Of a stretch of DNA of 64,000 bases, positions 9,238 through 17,995 are shown in pieces; position 1 is the stretch's first letter, and every line of letters starts with the position of its first letter. The stretch covers positions 4,032,001 through 4,096,000 of the forward strand of contig OZ242383.1 in NCBI GenBank assembly GCA_965209155.1, in the 5' to 3' direction. A program made the translations under genes and the position numbers. The notes under the pieces are model-generated. The model made no database searches. It was not told the DNA's origin and worked only from the letters and a program-made list of their open reading frames with translations. This DNA comes from a bacterium. Its GTDB lineage: Bacteria > SAR324 > NAC60-12.

Positions 9238-10033
9238 CTAAAACCCCATTTCTTTCTTCAGTTCCTGGTCGATCCAGAGGCGGGCAATAATGATAACAGC
9301 ACCGTTATTATCATGCAAGTCGGTTTCACCGTTATAACCTTTGACCCACGGCCAAGACGCAGAGAACTGCGGTACTTTCGTACCCCACAGCACCAAGTGG
9401 TTCTCTACAATATACATATTTGCCGCTTTAACCGCCCGCTGCTGCTCCTCGAGAGTTTTCGCCGCTACCGCGGCTTCATACAAGGCCTCATACTCCGGGA
9501 ACCCGCCTCCGTGCAGGTTCATCCCTTGTACCGAATGGTTCCGTAAGGGTTGGAGCACCTCTAAATAATCCATGCCCGAAGCCGTCCAGGCCAGACCTTC
9601 AAAATCATGTCCTGAAAAGATACGAGCGCCAGCAGTAGGGGCGTCCACTGCATCAATCTTGACCTCAATGCCGATCTTCGCCCAGTAGCCGACCACTAAT
9701 TCGGTATATTCCACAGCCTGATGGACAACGCTGTGGACGACGTCGGTCTTGAACCTCACCCCGTCCGCGCCTCTCGGATATCCAGCCTCATCCAGGAGCT
9801 CCTCGGCCCTTTCCGGGTCATAGGTATATTCTTGCTGAAGCGCTTCAGACCACTCTTCAAATGGGGTGTTGTACCCAACGACAGCATCCCCAATGAGGCC
9901 CTGAGGTTTCCACATTCCGTAGCCACTATAGAAGGTGTTGTTAATAGTCTCGTGGTCCAGTGCCATCTGCATGGCCTTGCGCACCCGGATGTCGCTGAGT
10001 GGTGGCTTGGTCCCTTCCACAGCATAAGCCGTA
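9238..10033 (-). pseudogene. 5'-truncated family-5 SBP; near-duplicate of the C-terminal half of the BlaR1-SBP fusion (11330-12122)
   Basis: Long runs of nucleotide identity with 11330-12122; similarity stops abruptly at about 10033; no signal peptide or N-terminal lobe. Confidence 0.85.
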
Positions 10034-10290
10034 GCGATTCTTTTTTCCTCTTTTTTCTGACGAATTTCAGGATAGGCGCTGCATTGCTTTAATGTTTCTC
10101 ACCTCATTTAGAACGTGAGTGATTTGGCAAGTGAGGCTCGTTGATCTTTTGCCAACCCCTCTCGTATTGATTCTTCCTCTTTCAAACGCCAGCTTGCTTC
10201 TCGCCTATCCTCTTTTGCCGGACCGTTGCAGGAAAGGAAGAACAGTGGTAAACTGCAAGCAGTTATTCCAGTTTGAGGAAAAAGGAGGTT

Positions 10291-10782
10291 ATGAGAAGAT
10301 TTTGGTTCATTGCGTTGATTGGAGGAGTAAGCTGGTTGCTGAGCCATGGGGCGGTATACGGGCAAGAATCGATCGGATTTACCCAGAAAGATCGAGAGCG
10401 CATCATTCGGCTGGAAACCACCTTAACGCTTTTTATGGAAGCCACCGATCAACGCTTTGAACAGGTAGATAAGCGCTTTGAACAGATGATGAATATCTTG
10501 CAAGTGATTGCCGGCATTTTTACCGTCCTGACTCTGGGTGTCATCGGATTTGCTTTTTGGGATCGACGCACTATTATTCACAAAGCAAAACAAGAGACCC
10601 TGGAAACGCTGGAGCGGGACGCCGTTCCTAAAGAAGAAGCAATTATCGACCGGGCTGTAGCACAAGCGGTGCAAGAGATCAAAAAAGACAATCGTCTGCA
10701 AGACTTGATTGCTGCTTTACGCAAATTGGCTGCCACTGACCCACCTCTGGCAAACGTGCTCAAAGAATTTCATTTATTGTAG
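10291..10782 (+). CDS. Membrane-anchored coiled-coil repeat protein, copy 3 (163 aa)
   Basis: Paralogue with a single RFEQVDK unit; AGGAGG RBS before ATG 10291. Confidence 0.85.
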   Translation: MRRFWFIALIGGVSWLLSHGAVYGQESIGFTQKDRERIIRLETTLTLFMEATDQRFEQVDKRFEQMMNILQVIAGIFTVLTLGVIGFAFWDRRTIIHKAKQETLETLERDAVPKEEAIIDRAVAQAVQEIKKDNRLQDLIAALRKLAATDPPLANVLKEFHLL

Positions 10783-10789
10783 TTTCCCA

Positions 10790-11221
10790 TTTCGCTTTTC
10801 TCCAGAACAAGAGGGAGTCTATGAGATTCAGCGGGGGAGTGATCTCATTCGGATGATTGTACTGAGTGAGATCGCTCATGCGGAGCATAATACGATTTGG
10901 CATTTATTCAGTGGGATTCCCGGAGAAGTTGAGTTTGCCGCGCGTCAATACCGAGGGCATACCCGGGAAATCAGTACGATATTAAATCAACTCTTTGAGC
11001 ACTATCACTTGGAAGGATTAGAAATGACCTACACGATGGAAGATTTTCAAAAAGATTATGTGCGTGATCATTTAGGCGTACTTTCAACCGATGATCGCCT
11101 GAAAGGGCTTTCGACCGATGAGATCCTCAAACGGTTTTCTCTGGAAGAGATTCAGAAGTACCTGGAAAAGAAGCAAAAGCAAAGTCGAGCCAATGTTCCA
11201 CAAAAAAATGAAAAGGATTAG
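10790..11221 (+). pseudogene. C-terminal half of an Rpn-like hypothetical protein; possible small ORF from ATG 11024
   Basis: GVYEIQRGSDLIRMIVLSEI...HNTIWHLFS...EGLEMTYTMEDFQKDYVRDHL...DRLKGLSTDEIL; no proper start; GGAAGGA precedes ATG 11024. Confidence 0.55.
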
Positions 11222-11263
11222 CGAATTCTGTTTTCATCTTTCTCAAGGGAACAGTACCATCGT

Positions 11264-11290
11264 GGGATGGCGGGCTTCTGCCGCCATCCC
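11264..11290. terminator. Hairpin between convergent genes
   Basis: GGGATGGCGG-gcttctg-CCGCCATCCC, perfect 10-bp stem. Confidence 0.65.
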
Positions 11291-11329
11291 GCAGTTCAGC
11301 GTCTTGACGATTCGTTTAACCGGAAAATA

Positions 11330-14170
11330 CTAAAACCCCATTTCTTTCTTCAGCTCCTGGTCAATCCAGAGGCGGGCGAAAACGATCATGCGGTTAGCAC
11401 CATCCAGAGTGGTTTCACCGTTATAACCTTTGACCCACGGCCAAGACGCATTGAACTCCGGTACTTTCGTACCCCACAGCAGCAAGTGGTTCTCGACAAT
11501 GTACATATTTGCCTCTTTAACCGCCCGCTGCTGCTCCTCAATAGTCTGCGCCGCTACGACGGCTTCATACAAGGCCTCATACGCCGGGTTCATGCCTCCG
11601 GGCAAGTTCATCCCTTGTACCGAAAAGGGCCGTATTGACCCGAGCACATTAGGATAATCTAAGCCCGAAACCGTCCAGGCCAGACCTTCAAAATCATGTC
11701 CTGAGGAAACACGAGCGGCATAAGTAGGGGCGTCCACGACATCAATCGCTACCTCAACGCCAATCTTCGCCCAGTAGCCGACCACTAATTCGGTATAGTC
11801 CACGTCCTGGTGGACAACGCTGTGGACGACATCGGTCTTGAACCTCACCCCGTCCGCACCACGTGGATATCCAGCCTCATCCAGGAGCTCCTCGGCCCTT
11901 TTCGGGTTATAGGTATATTCTTGCTGAAGCGCTTCGGGCCACTCTTCAAAGGGGGTGTTGTACCCAACGACGCCATCCCCAATGCGGCCCTGAGGTTTCC
12001 ACAATCCGTAGCCGTTATAGAAGGTGTTGTTAATGGTCTCGTGGTCCAGCGCCATCTGCATGGCCTTGCGAACCCGGATGTCGCTAAATGGTGACTTGGT
12101 CGTTTCCACAGCATAAGCCGTATTAGACCGGTAGGCAAACGGCCAAAGCTCGATTTCGGGGTTGGTCCGCTGGAGGCTCTCTACCTGGTCGGTAGACTGG
12201 ATAACAGTACCGCCGGGGTAACCTATGATATCAACCCTACCCGAGCGGAGTGCCGCAATATAGGTTGCCTCTTCTTTCATAATCAGCGTACTTATCTCGT
12301 CAATATAGGGCAAGCGGTTCTGGGGGTATTTTTCGTCGGTGCCCCAGTAGTCAGGATTCTTGGTCCAGGTCGTCGAGCTGCCCTCGAGATAGTCCGTCAG
12401 CTCATAGGGACCGGTGCCGACTACGTTCCGCCAATCCTTCATGTCACCGTATTGCTCGATGACCTCGGGGGGCAGTACATATTGAGTAAAGTGGTCTAGG
12501 AACTGCAACAGCAGACCGAGTCTTGGTTCTTTCAGTTTGATCACAACCGTCCATTTGTCGGTGGCCGTTATCGATTCGACCGGTTCGCCAGCCCACGGCC
12601 AATAGAGTATCGGTGGCTTGTTTTCCGCTGTGAAACCGCTGCCCAGACCGAATGCTCGGTGCAAGTTGTATTCGACATCCTTGGCAGTCAGCTCCCGACC
12701 GTTCATCGGTACCTTGTTATGCCAGTGAACGCCCTGGCGGATGTTGAGGATGATAGTTAGTGGGTCGGGTTGCGACCAGCTTTCCGCCAACTGCCCTTTC
12801 ATGGCAAACAGAGGACGAAACACGGGTGATCTAATGTCAAGTTCGTTCCGATCAATTCCCCAGTTCACGATGGCGAGCGTCTCTACCACACCACCGATGC
12901 CAAACATCGCCCAAGGATGGAACAAGGAGTCAAAATTCGGAGGCGGGATCTTCGAAGCAAAGGTGATTGTCCCGCCATACGCTGGCGCGGTCACCATCTT
13001 GCCAGTGCTGGGATCTTTGACCATGTCCGAAGCGGCAAAGGTCAAGGCCGTGAAACCGAGTACAATCATGCTGATAAGGGCCAGCATGGAACGCCCTTTT
13101 GAGATTCGATGATGATTTATCATAGCAATCCTTTCTTTCATTTGAGAAAAAGTAAACCAAAAGCACCCCGCCTGGAAATGTTCGAGCAACATTTCCGGCT
13201 GGGATACCGTTTTGAGTATGGTCAATCCATACGATTTCCGTTCCTCTGGGGCAACGGAAGTTAAAACCAATTGATCGCATGCCAGTTCCTGATCCAGGCG
13301 GAAGAGGGGATAGGCCAGGTAGATCAACGGGTTGAACCAGTAAATACACTTGAGCGCTAAGGCCCAGGCGGTGAAGAGAAAATCTTTGCGTTGCAGGTGG
13401 GCCAGTTCATGAGCGAGAATAAGTTCCATTTCGCGTTTGGAATAGAATTTGGCAAAATGGAGGGGCAGCACCAATTTGGGATGCAGCCATCCGATCACTG
13501 CAGGCCCTTGAATCCGGGCAGAGACGAACACGTCTCCCTGGAATTTCAAGCCCATTTTGAGACAAAGTTGCGCGAGCAAAATTTTCATTTCCGGGGAAGG
13601 TTCCCGTTTCTCTTCCAGCAGTTGTTCATACAAACGAACATGCCGGAATATCATGACAAGCCCCATCATCACGAATCCCCCGAGCCAAACGAAAAAGATT
13701 ATCGTCACGCCGTCTATTTGTACTTGCGAAAAAACGGGCCAACCGCCAACCGGGGCAGATGATGGGAAATCTTTTGGGGAGATACTTTGCTCACTGAAGC
13801 GCTCTGCAGGGAGAGTTGATCCCCCTTCCTGCGTCGCAGTTTTCATGGCTTCTATGCGAACCGTATTCTCTGCATGGATCTGTTTGAATAATGCTTCGGA
13901 AGCCGTGAGAGGCTTTTTGTTTTGCAGCAGGGCATACACCCCTTGCTGCATGTTGAAGTTATAAAGGATGGTTTGCCAGGAAGGAAGGAGACTGAGTTGG
14001 GTTTGGGGAGTCACCAGGATCATCATTTTCAGCGCCGGCAGCAGCCAAAGCGCGTAACTCCATTTTGCTCCGAAATAACGAACTACCGGTTTGCGAATCA
14101 CGAACACGAAAACGATTAAGAGACTGGACCACAGGGCGGCCTCAGCTAAACCATACAATAGAGTTGCCAT
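11330..14170 (-). CDS. BlaR1/MecR1-type M56 metallopeptidase fused to a family-5 ABC solute-binding domain (946 aa)
   Basis: N-half: YALWLL, GPAVIGWLHPKLVLP, AHELAHLQRKD (HExxH), YWFNPL, DQELACD, MKERI; C-half: complete SBP (YGGTIT, LAESWSQPD, VGTGPY, PFSDIRVRKAMQMALD); one uninterrupted ORF directly downstream of blaI. Confidence 0.92.
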   Translation of the reverse strand: MATLLYGLAEAALWSSLLIVFVFVIRKPVVRYFGAKWSYALWLLPALKMMILVTPQTQLSLLPSWQTILYNFNMQQGVYALLQNKKPLTASEALFKQIHAENTVRIEAMKTATQEGGSTLPAERFSEQSISPKDFPSSAPVGGWPVFSQVQIDGVTIIFFVWLGGFVMMGLVMIFRHVRLYEQLLEEKREPSPEMKILLAQLCLKMGLKFQGDVFVSARIQGPAVIGWLHPKLVLPLHFAKFYSKREMELILAHELAHLQRKDFLFTAWALALKCIYWFNPLIYLAYPLFRLDQELACDQLVLTSVAPEERKSYGLTILKTVSQPEMLLEHFQAGCFWFTFSQMKERIAMINHHRISKGRSMLALISMIVLGFTALTFAASDMVKDPSTGKMVTAPAYGGTITFASKIPPPNFDSLFHPWAMFGIGGVVETLAIVNWGIDRNELDIRSPVFRPLFAMKGQLAESWSQPDPLTIILNIRQGVHWHNKVPMNGRELTAKDVEYNLHRAFGLGSGFTAENKPPILYWPWAGEPVESITATDKWTVVIKLKEPRLGLLLQFLDHFTQYVLPPEVIEQYGDMKDWRNVVGTGPYELTDYLEGSSTTWTKNPDYWGTDEKYPQNRLPYIDEISTLIMKEEATYIAALRSGRVDIIGYPGGTVIQSTDQVESLQRTNPEIELWPFAYRSNTAYAVETTKSPFSDIRVRKAMQMALDHETINNTFYNGYGLWKPQGRIGDGVVGYNTPFEEWPEALQQEYTYNPKRAEELLDEAGYPRGADGVRFKTDVVHSVVHQDVDYTELVVGYWAKIGVEVAIDVVDAPTYAARVSSGHDFEGLAWTVSGLDYPNVLGSIRPFSVQGMNLPGGMNPAYEALYEAVVAAQTIEEQQRAVKEANMYIVENHLLLWGTKVPEFNASWPWVKGYNGETTLDGANRMIVFARLWIDQELKKEMGF

Positions 14171-14190
14171 TTCAACACCTCCTCAATGGA

Positions 14191-14559
14191 TCATTCCATT
14201 TTGTCCAATAGTTTTTTCAACTCCTCGATCTCTCTTTTGGTCAATATTTCTTGTGCTGCAAAACTGAATAACAATTGATGAGAGACTTTGCCGCCAAACC
14301 AGTTCTCCAAAAATTTTCTACTTTCCAATTGCAAATACGCTTTTCGGCTGAGCAGGGGATAATACAGATATTTTCTCTGCTCCTTTTTGAACGCTAAAAT
14401 CTCCTTCTTCAACAAGCGGTTCAACAGGGTCTTCACCGTCTTGGCCTGCCAGTCCTTTTGCGGTGAAATACTCTCAATCACCTCTTGGGCAGACAGCGGC
14501 GATTTTTCCCATATCACCTCCATCACGACCCGCTCCGCATTGCTGATCTTTTTGGTCAT
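14191..14559 (-). CDS. blaI: BlaI/MecI/CopY family transcriptional repressor
   Basis: ISNAERVVMEVIW, W..KTVKTLLNRLLKK, YLYYPL, EIEELKKLL; AAGGA RBS before ATG 14559 (ORF track extends to 14610). Confidence 0.93.
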   Translation of the reverse strand: MTKKISNAERVVMEVIWEKSPLSAQEVIESISPQKDWQAKTVKTLLNRLLKKEILAFKKEQRKYLYYPLLSRKAYLQLESRKFLENWFGGKVSHQLLFSFAAQEILTKREIEELKKLLDKME

Positions 14560-14752
14560 CCATTTCCTTTCATTCGTCTGGTTCGCATACGCAATCAAAT
14601 AGATAGTCATTTCTGAAGAATTACATAGTTACTACGCACTCTTTACATCCGTTTAAATTTATAGGCATGAAATTGTAACTTATAATTCATTGAAATATTT
14701 GATTTATATGAGAAATTTGCAACGAATTCAAGTACGTCTGATTTGTTTTTAT

Positions 14753-14767
14753 ATTACAGTCTGTAGT
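14753..14767. promoter_or_regulatory. Candidate BlaI operator
   Basis: ATTACAG-T-CTGTAGT palindrome with TACA/TGTA half-sites in the AT-rich region upstream of blaI; spacer is 3 nt rather than the canonical 2. Confidence 0.5.
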
Positions 14768-14911
14768 CTTCATCGGACAACATTACAGGAAGAAATTTTA
14801 AAAAGCAAACTTTTTTTTGCTCAATTGATTTTTTTTCGGACTGGGCAGGAAGAAAGAGTTTGAATTGTCCGAACCATCTCATTACGGGTTTATTTCAACC
14901 GGATTGTAAGC

Positions 14912-16228
14912 TCACAAATGTCTGGTCGACTCGGGGATGAGTCCACGAGGATGGAAACGGAGGACGAGGAGCAAGATGGTTCCCATGCAGATCATGCGCA
15001 TGTGTGCGGCGCTTTCGAGAAGGTGTTTTTTGAGGTTATTGTCGTCGGCCAGGCTGGAGGTTAGAAGGTCCATAAGGAAAAGACCCGCGGGTTCTGCTTC
15101 GACCCAGACAAACCAGACGAGAAAGCCCCCGAGGACCGAACCCCAGTTGTTGCCCGATCCTCCGACAATGACCATCACCCAAATCAAAAAGGTGAATCGC
15201 AGGGGGTTGTAGGTGGTTGGCGTGAACTGGCCATCGAGGGTGGTGAGCATAGCACCTGCAATGCCGACGACGGCGGAGCCCAGAATGAAAATCTGCAAAT
15301 GCTGACCCGTGACATCTTTTCCCATTGCTTCCGCAGCTTCATGATTGTCCCGAATGGCACGCATCATTCGGCCCCAGGGGGATCGCAATGCCCGTTCGGC
15401 GAGCCAGAATATAATCAGTAATACAACAGCAAACAAGCCGGCATAACAGAGCTTGACAAATATCGATGAGGCTTCGACGACCCCCACTCCCAACCGGTTG
15501 GTCCAAGAAATGAACCAATCGTATTGCTGCAGGTCAATTTCATAGGGCACAGGCCGTGGCAATCCGGTCACGTTTTTAACCCCTCGGGTTAGCCAATCCT
15601 CGTTCTTGAGGACGGCGATAATGATTTCCGCAATACCAAGCGTGGCAATTGCCAGATAATCCGCCCTGAGACCGAGGGCGATTTTGCCAACAATCCAAGC
15701 GGCGCCTGCAGCGAGTATTCCTCCAACCAACCATGAAACGAGAATGGGTGCTCCGATTCCTCCAAGATAGCCTTCTTTGGCTGCATTCACTGATTCAATG
15801 GCTTCCACTGCAGGGTCAAAAAAGAGACGTATGATAAAAAAACCGAATATGACAACAACAAATGAGACGAGATTGCGCCTGCCGTGTTTTGTAATTTTGC
15901 TTCGTAAATGAAGGATCAGGCCAATGGTGATCAGCAACACCACCAATGCCGACAGGAGATTCAATCCTCCTGCCGACCAGGCGTCCAAAACGGGTTCTTT
16001 CGACACCAAAATTCCAGCCATTCCCCCCAAGGCGGCAAAACCCATGATGCCCACGTTGAACAATCCGGCGTAACCCCACTGCATGTTGACTCCGAGCGCC
16101 ATGATGGCCGAGACGAGACATAGATTGAGAATCGACAGGCTGACAGACCAGCTTTGCGTCCATCCGACCACGAGGAACAACGCTGCCATGATCACGAAAT
16201 ACAGGATGTGACGAATGTTTCCGGTCAA
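14912..16228 (-). CDS. livM: Branched-chain amino acid ABC transporter permease (LivM-like)
   Basis: QWGYAGLFNVG, LRADYLAIATLG, WGRMMRAIRDN, VGGSGN motifs. Confidence 0.9.
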   Translation of the reverse strand: MTGNIRHILYFVIMAALFLVVGWTQSWSVSLSILNLCLVSAIMALGVNMQWGYAGLFNVGIMGFAALGGMAGILVSKEPVLDAWSAGGLNLLSALVVLLITIGLILHLRSKITKHGRRNLVSFVVVIFGFFIIRLFFDPAVEAIESVNAAKEGYLGGIGAPILVSWLVGGILAAGAAWIVGKIALGLRADYLAIATLGIAEIIIAVLKNEDWLTRGVKNVTGLPRPVPYEIDLQQYDWFISWTNRLGVGVVEASSIFVKLCYAGLFAVVLLIIFWLAERALRSPWGRMMRAIRDNHEAAEAMGKDVTGQHLQIFILGSAVVGIAGAMLTTLDGQFTPTTYNPLRFTFLIWVMVIVGGSGNNWGSVLGGFLVWFVWVEAEPAGLFLMDLLTSSLADDNNLKKHLLESAAHMRMICMGTILLLVLRFHPRGLIPESTRHL

Positions 16229-17238
16229 AGCAATCTTCCTTTGAAGAGTCCTGTCGGTCGCATGAGCAGCACGATGATCAGGATCATGAATGAAATGGCA
16301 AATTTATAGTCGGTGGATAAAAGTTGCATGAGACCTTCCGTCTTCCAACTCAAGGGGAGCAGGTAAGCAAGAAATTTTTTATAGGCGTAGGTGATCGAAA
16401 TTTCTGAAAAGGCAATGATGAAACCTCCAACGACCGCACCGATGGGTTGACCTATACCCCCAACGATGACTGCGGCAAATGTGGGCAAGAGCAGTTGAAA
16501 GTAAGTAAATGGTTTGAAACTCTTATCCAAGCCATAAAGAACTCCGGCTATGGTGGCCAAAATGGCGGCAAGACCCCAAGTCATCATGACGACGCGATCA
16601 GGATCGATCCCGGAAAGCAAAGCCAGTTCTTCATTGTCCGAATATGCGCGCATGGCTTTTCCCATCCGGGTCTTATTGAGAAAATGAAACAGGAGAATAA
16701 CCGCGATCAATGCTATGACCACCGTAACTCCCTGCGTCATGCGGACCGACAGACCCTCCTTCAATCCCAGGATTTCCTTGAACTCCTGCGCATGAATGAT
16801 AAAGCGTTGGCCATCCGTAAATTGACGATCATGGGGACCGATGATAAAGCGGATGAGACCGTTCATGACGAACATCACACCCACCGATGCGATGACCATG
16901 AGTATGGAAGCGCTTCGTTTTTCACGAAAATATCGATAAACCAACTTGTCGGTCAGAAGTGCCATGACAATGGCAGTGAGTGCCCCAAAAGGAATTGCCA
17001 GCAATGCGGTGGGAAAAGGTCCCAATCCCACTCCTATGGATTGCAACATCCAAGTGGCCAGGATGGTCACCATCGCGCCAAAGGCCATCATCTCCCCATG
17101 CGCGAAATTTGAAAATCGGAGGATACCGTAAATGAGCGTAGCGCCCAGGGCGCTTAACGCAAGTTGTGCACCATAGGCGATACTCGGAATGATGACGAAA
17201 TTGGAAAGAAGAACGATCGCATTGACGACATCTTCCAT
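16225..17238 (-). CDS. livH: Branched-chain amino acid ABC transporter permease (LivH-like)
   Basis: LIYGILRFSNFAHGE, GKAMRAYSDN, AAVIVGGIG motifs. Confidence 0.9.
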   Translation of the reverse strand: MEDVVNAIVLLSNFVIIPSIAYGAQLALSALGATLIYGILRFSNFAHGEMMAFGAMVTILATWMLQSIGVGLGPFPTALLAIPFGALTAIVMALLTDKLVYRYFREKRSASILMVIASVGVMFVMNGLIRFIIGPHDRQFTDGQRFIIHAQEFKEILGLKEGLSVRMTQGVTVVIALIAVILLFHFLNKTRMGKAMRAYSDNEELALLSGIDPDRVVMMTWGLAAILATIAGVLYGLDKSFKPFTYFQLLLPTFAAVIVGGIGQPIGAVVGGFIIAFSEISITYAYKKFLAYLLPLSWKTEGLMQLLSTDYKFAISFMILIIVLLMRPTGLFKGRLL

Positions 17239-17241
17239 ACC

Positions 17242-17949
17242 TCAACCCCCTAAAAAAGACTTACGTACGGCAGGATTTTCAAGCAAGGCGGCACCGGTAT
17301 CGCTGAATCGATTTTCCCCATTGACCAGGACATAACCGACATCGGCAATCTGCAAAGCCTTGCGGGCATTTTGTTCCACAATTAAGACTGCGGTCCCCCT
17401 GTCACGTATTTCCAAAATAAGCTTGAATAACTCGTCCATGATGATCGGAGAAACACCGGCGGTGGGTTCATCCAGCATCAAAATCGAAGGTTGCGTCATC
17501 AATGCCCGGCCTACGGCCACTTGTTGACGTTGTCCACCGGATAGCTCACCTGCCAGTTGCCGGCTTTTTTCTGCCAGAACGGGAAATAAGGCATAGACCT
17601 GTTCGAGATTTTTCCGAATATCATCTTTGTAGTGGAAAGCGCCCATTTCAAGATTTTCGTAAACAGACATTGTGGTGAAAATATTGTTGTTTTGTGGAAC
17701 AAAAGCCATTCCGGCTTTCACGCGTTCCTGGGGAACGAGATTCGTGATGTCTTTACCTGCCAGGGTGACCCGGCCTTCGCGGAGCCTGAGCATGCCAATC
17801 ATGGCCCGCATCGCTGTCGATTTGCCTGCGCCATTGGGACCGACGATGACTGCAATCTGCCCGCGGTCGACGGCAATGGTACAGCCCCTGAGAATAATAT
17901 CTGCCTGACCATAGCCTCCCACCATCTTTTCACCAACGAGAAAGCTCAT
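17242..17949 (-). CDS. livF: ABC transporter ATP-binding protein (LivF-like)
   Basis: GPNGAGKST, LSGGQRQ, LDEPT, VEQN; start placed at ATG 17949 (AAGGA RBS), alternative 18015. Confidence 0.92.
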   Translation of the reverse strand: MSFLVGEKMVGGYGQADIILRGCTIAVDRGQIAVIVGPNGAGKSTAMRAMIGMLRLREGRVTLAGKDITNLVPQERVKAGMAFVPQNNNIFTTMSVYENLEMGAFHYKDDIRKNLEQVYALFPVLAEKSRQLAGELSGGQRQQVAVGRALMTQPSILMLDEPTAGVSPIIMDELFKLILEIRDRGTAVLIVEQNARKALQIADVGYVLVNGENRFSDTGAALLENPAVRKSFLGG

Positions 17950-17995
17950 CAGGGGCTTCCTTTCATCGATATTGTTGGATTGCTCTTTCAATCGT

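Noticed and set aside
10709..11221. 170-aa ORF as an intact gene
   Set aside because: Its first 25 codons overlap the coiled-coil gene in another frame; only the part after about 10790 looks like real protein
9238..12122. Diversity-generating retroelement (duplicated SBP 3' ends as TR/VR, Avd-like gene at 37339, RT remnant at 7105-7175)
   Set aside because: Differences between the copies are not confined to adenines and include an indel; no intact RT is present; the RT remnant is attached to a group II intron domain V; the Avd-like gene is 25 kb away
11330..14559. Beta-lactam resistance locus (blaI-blaR1-blaZ)
   Set aside because: No penicillin-binding sensor domain and no beta-lactamase or PBP2a gene in the window
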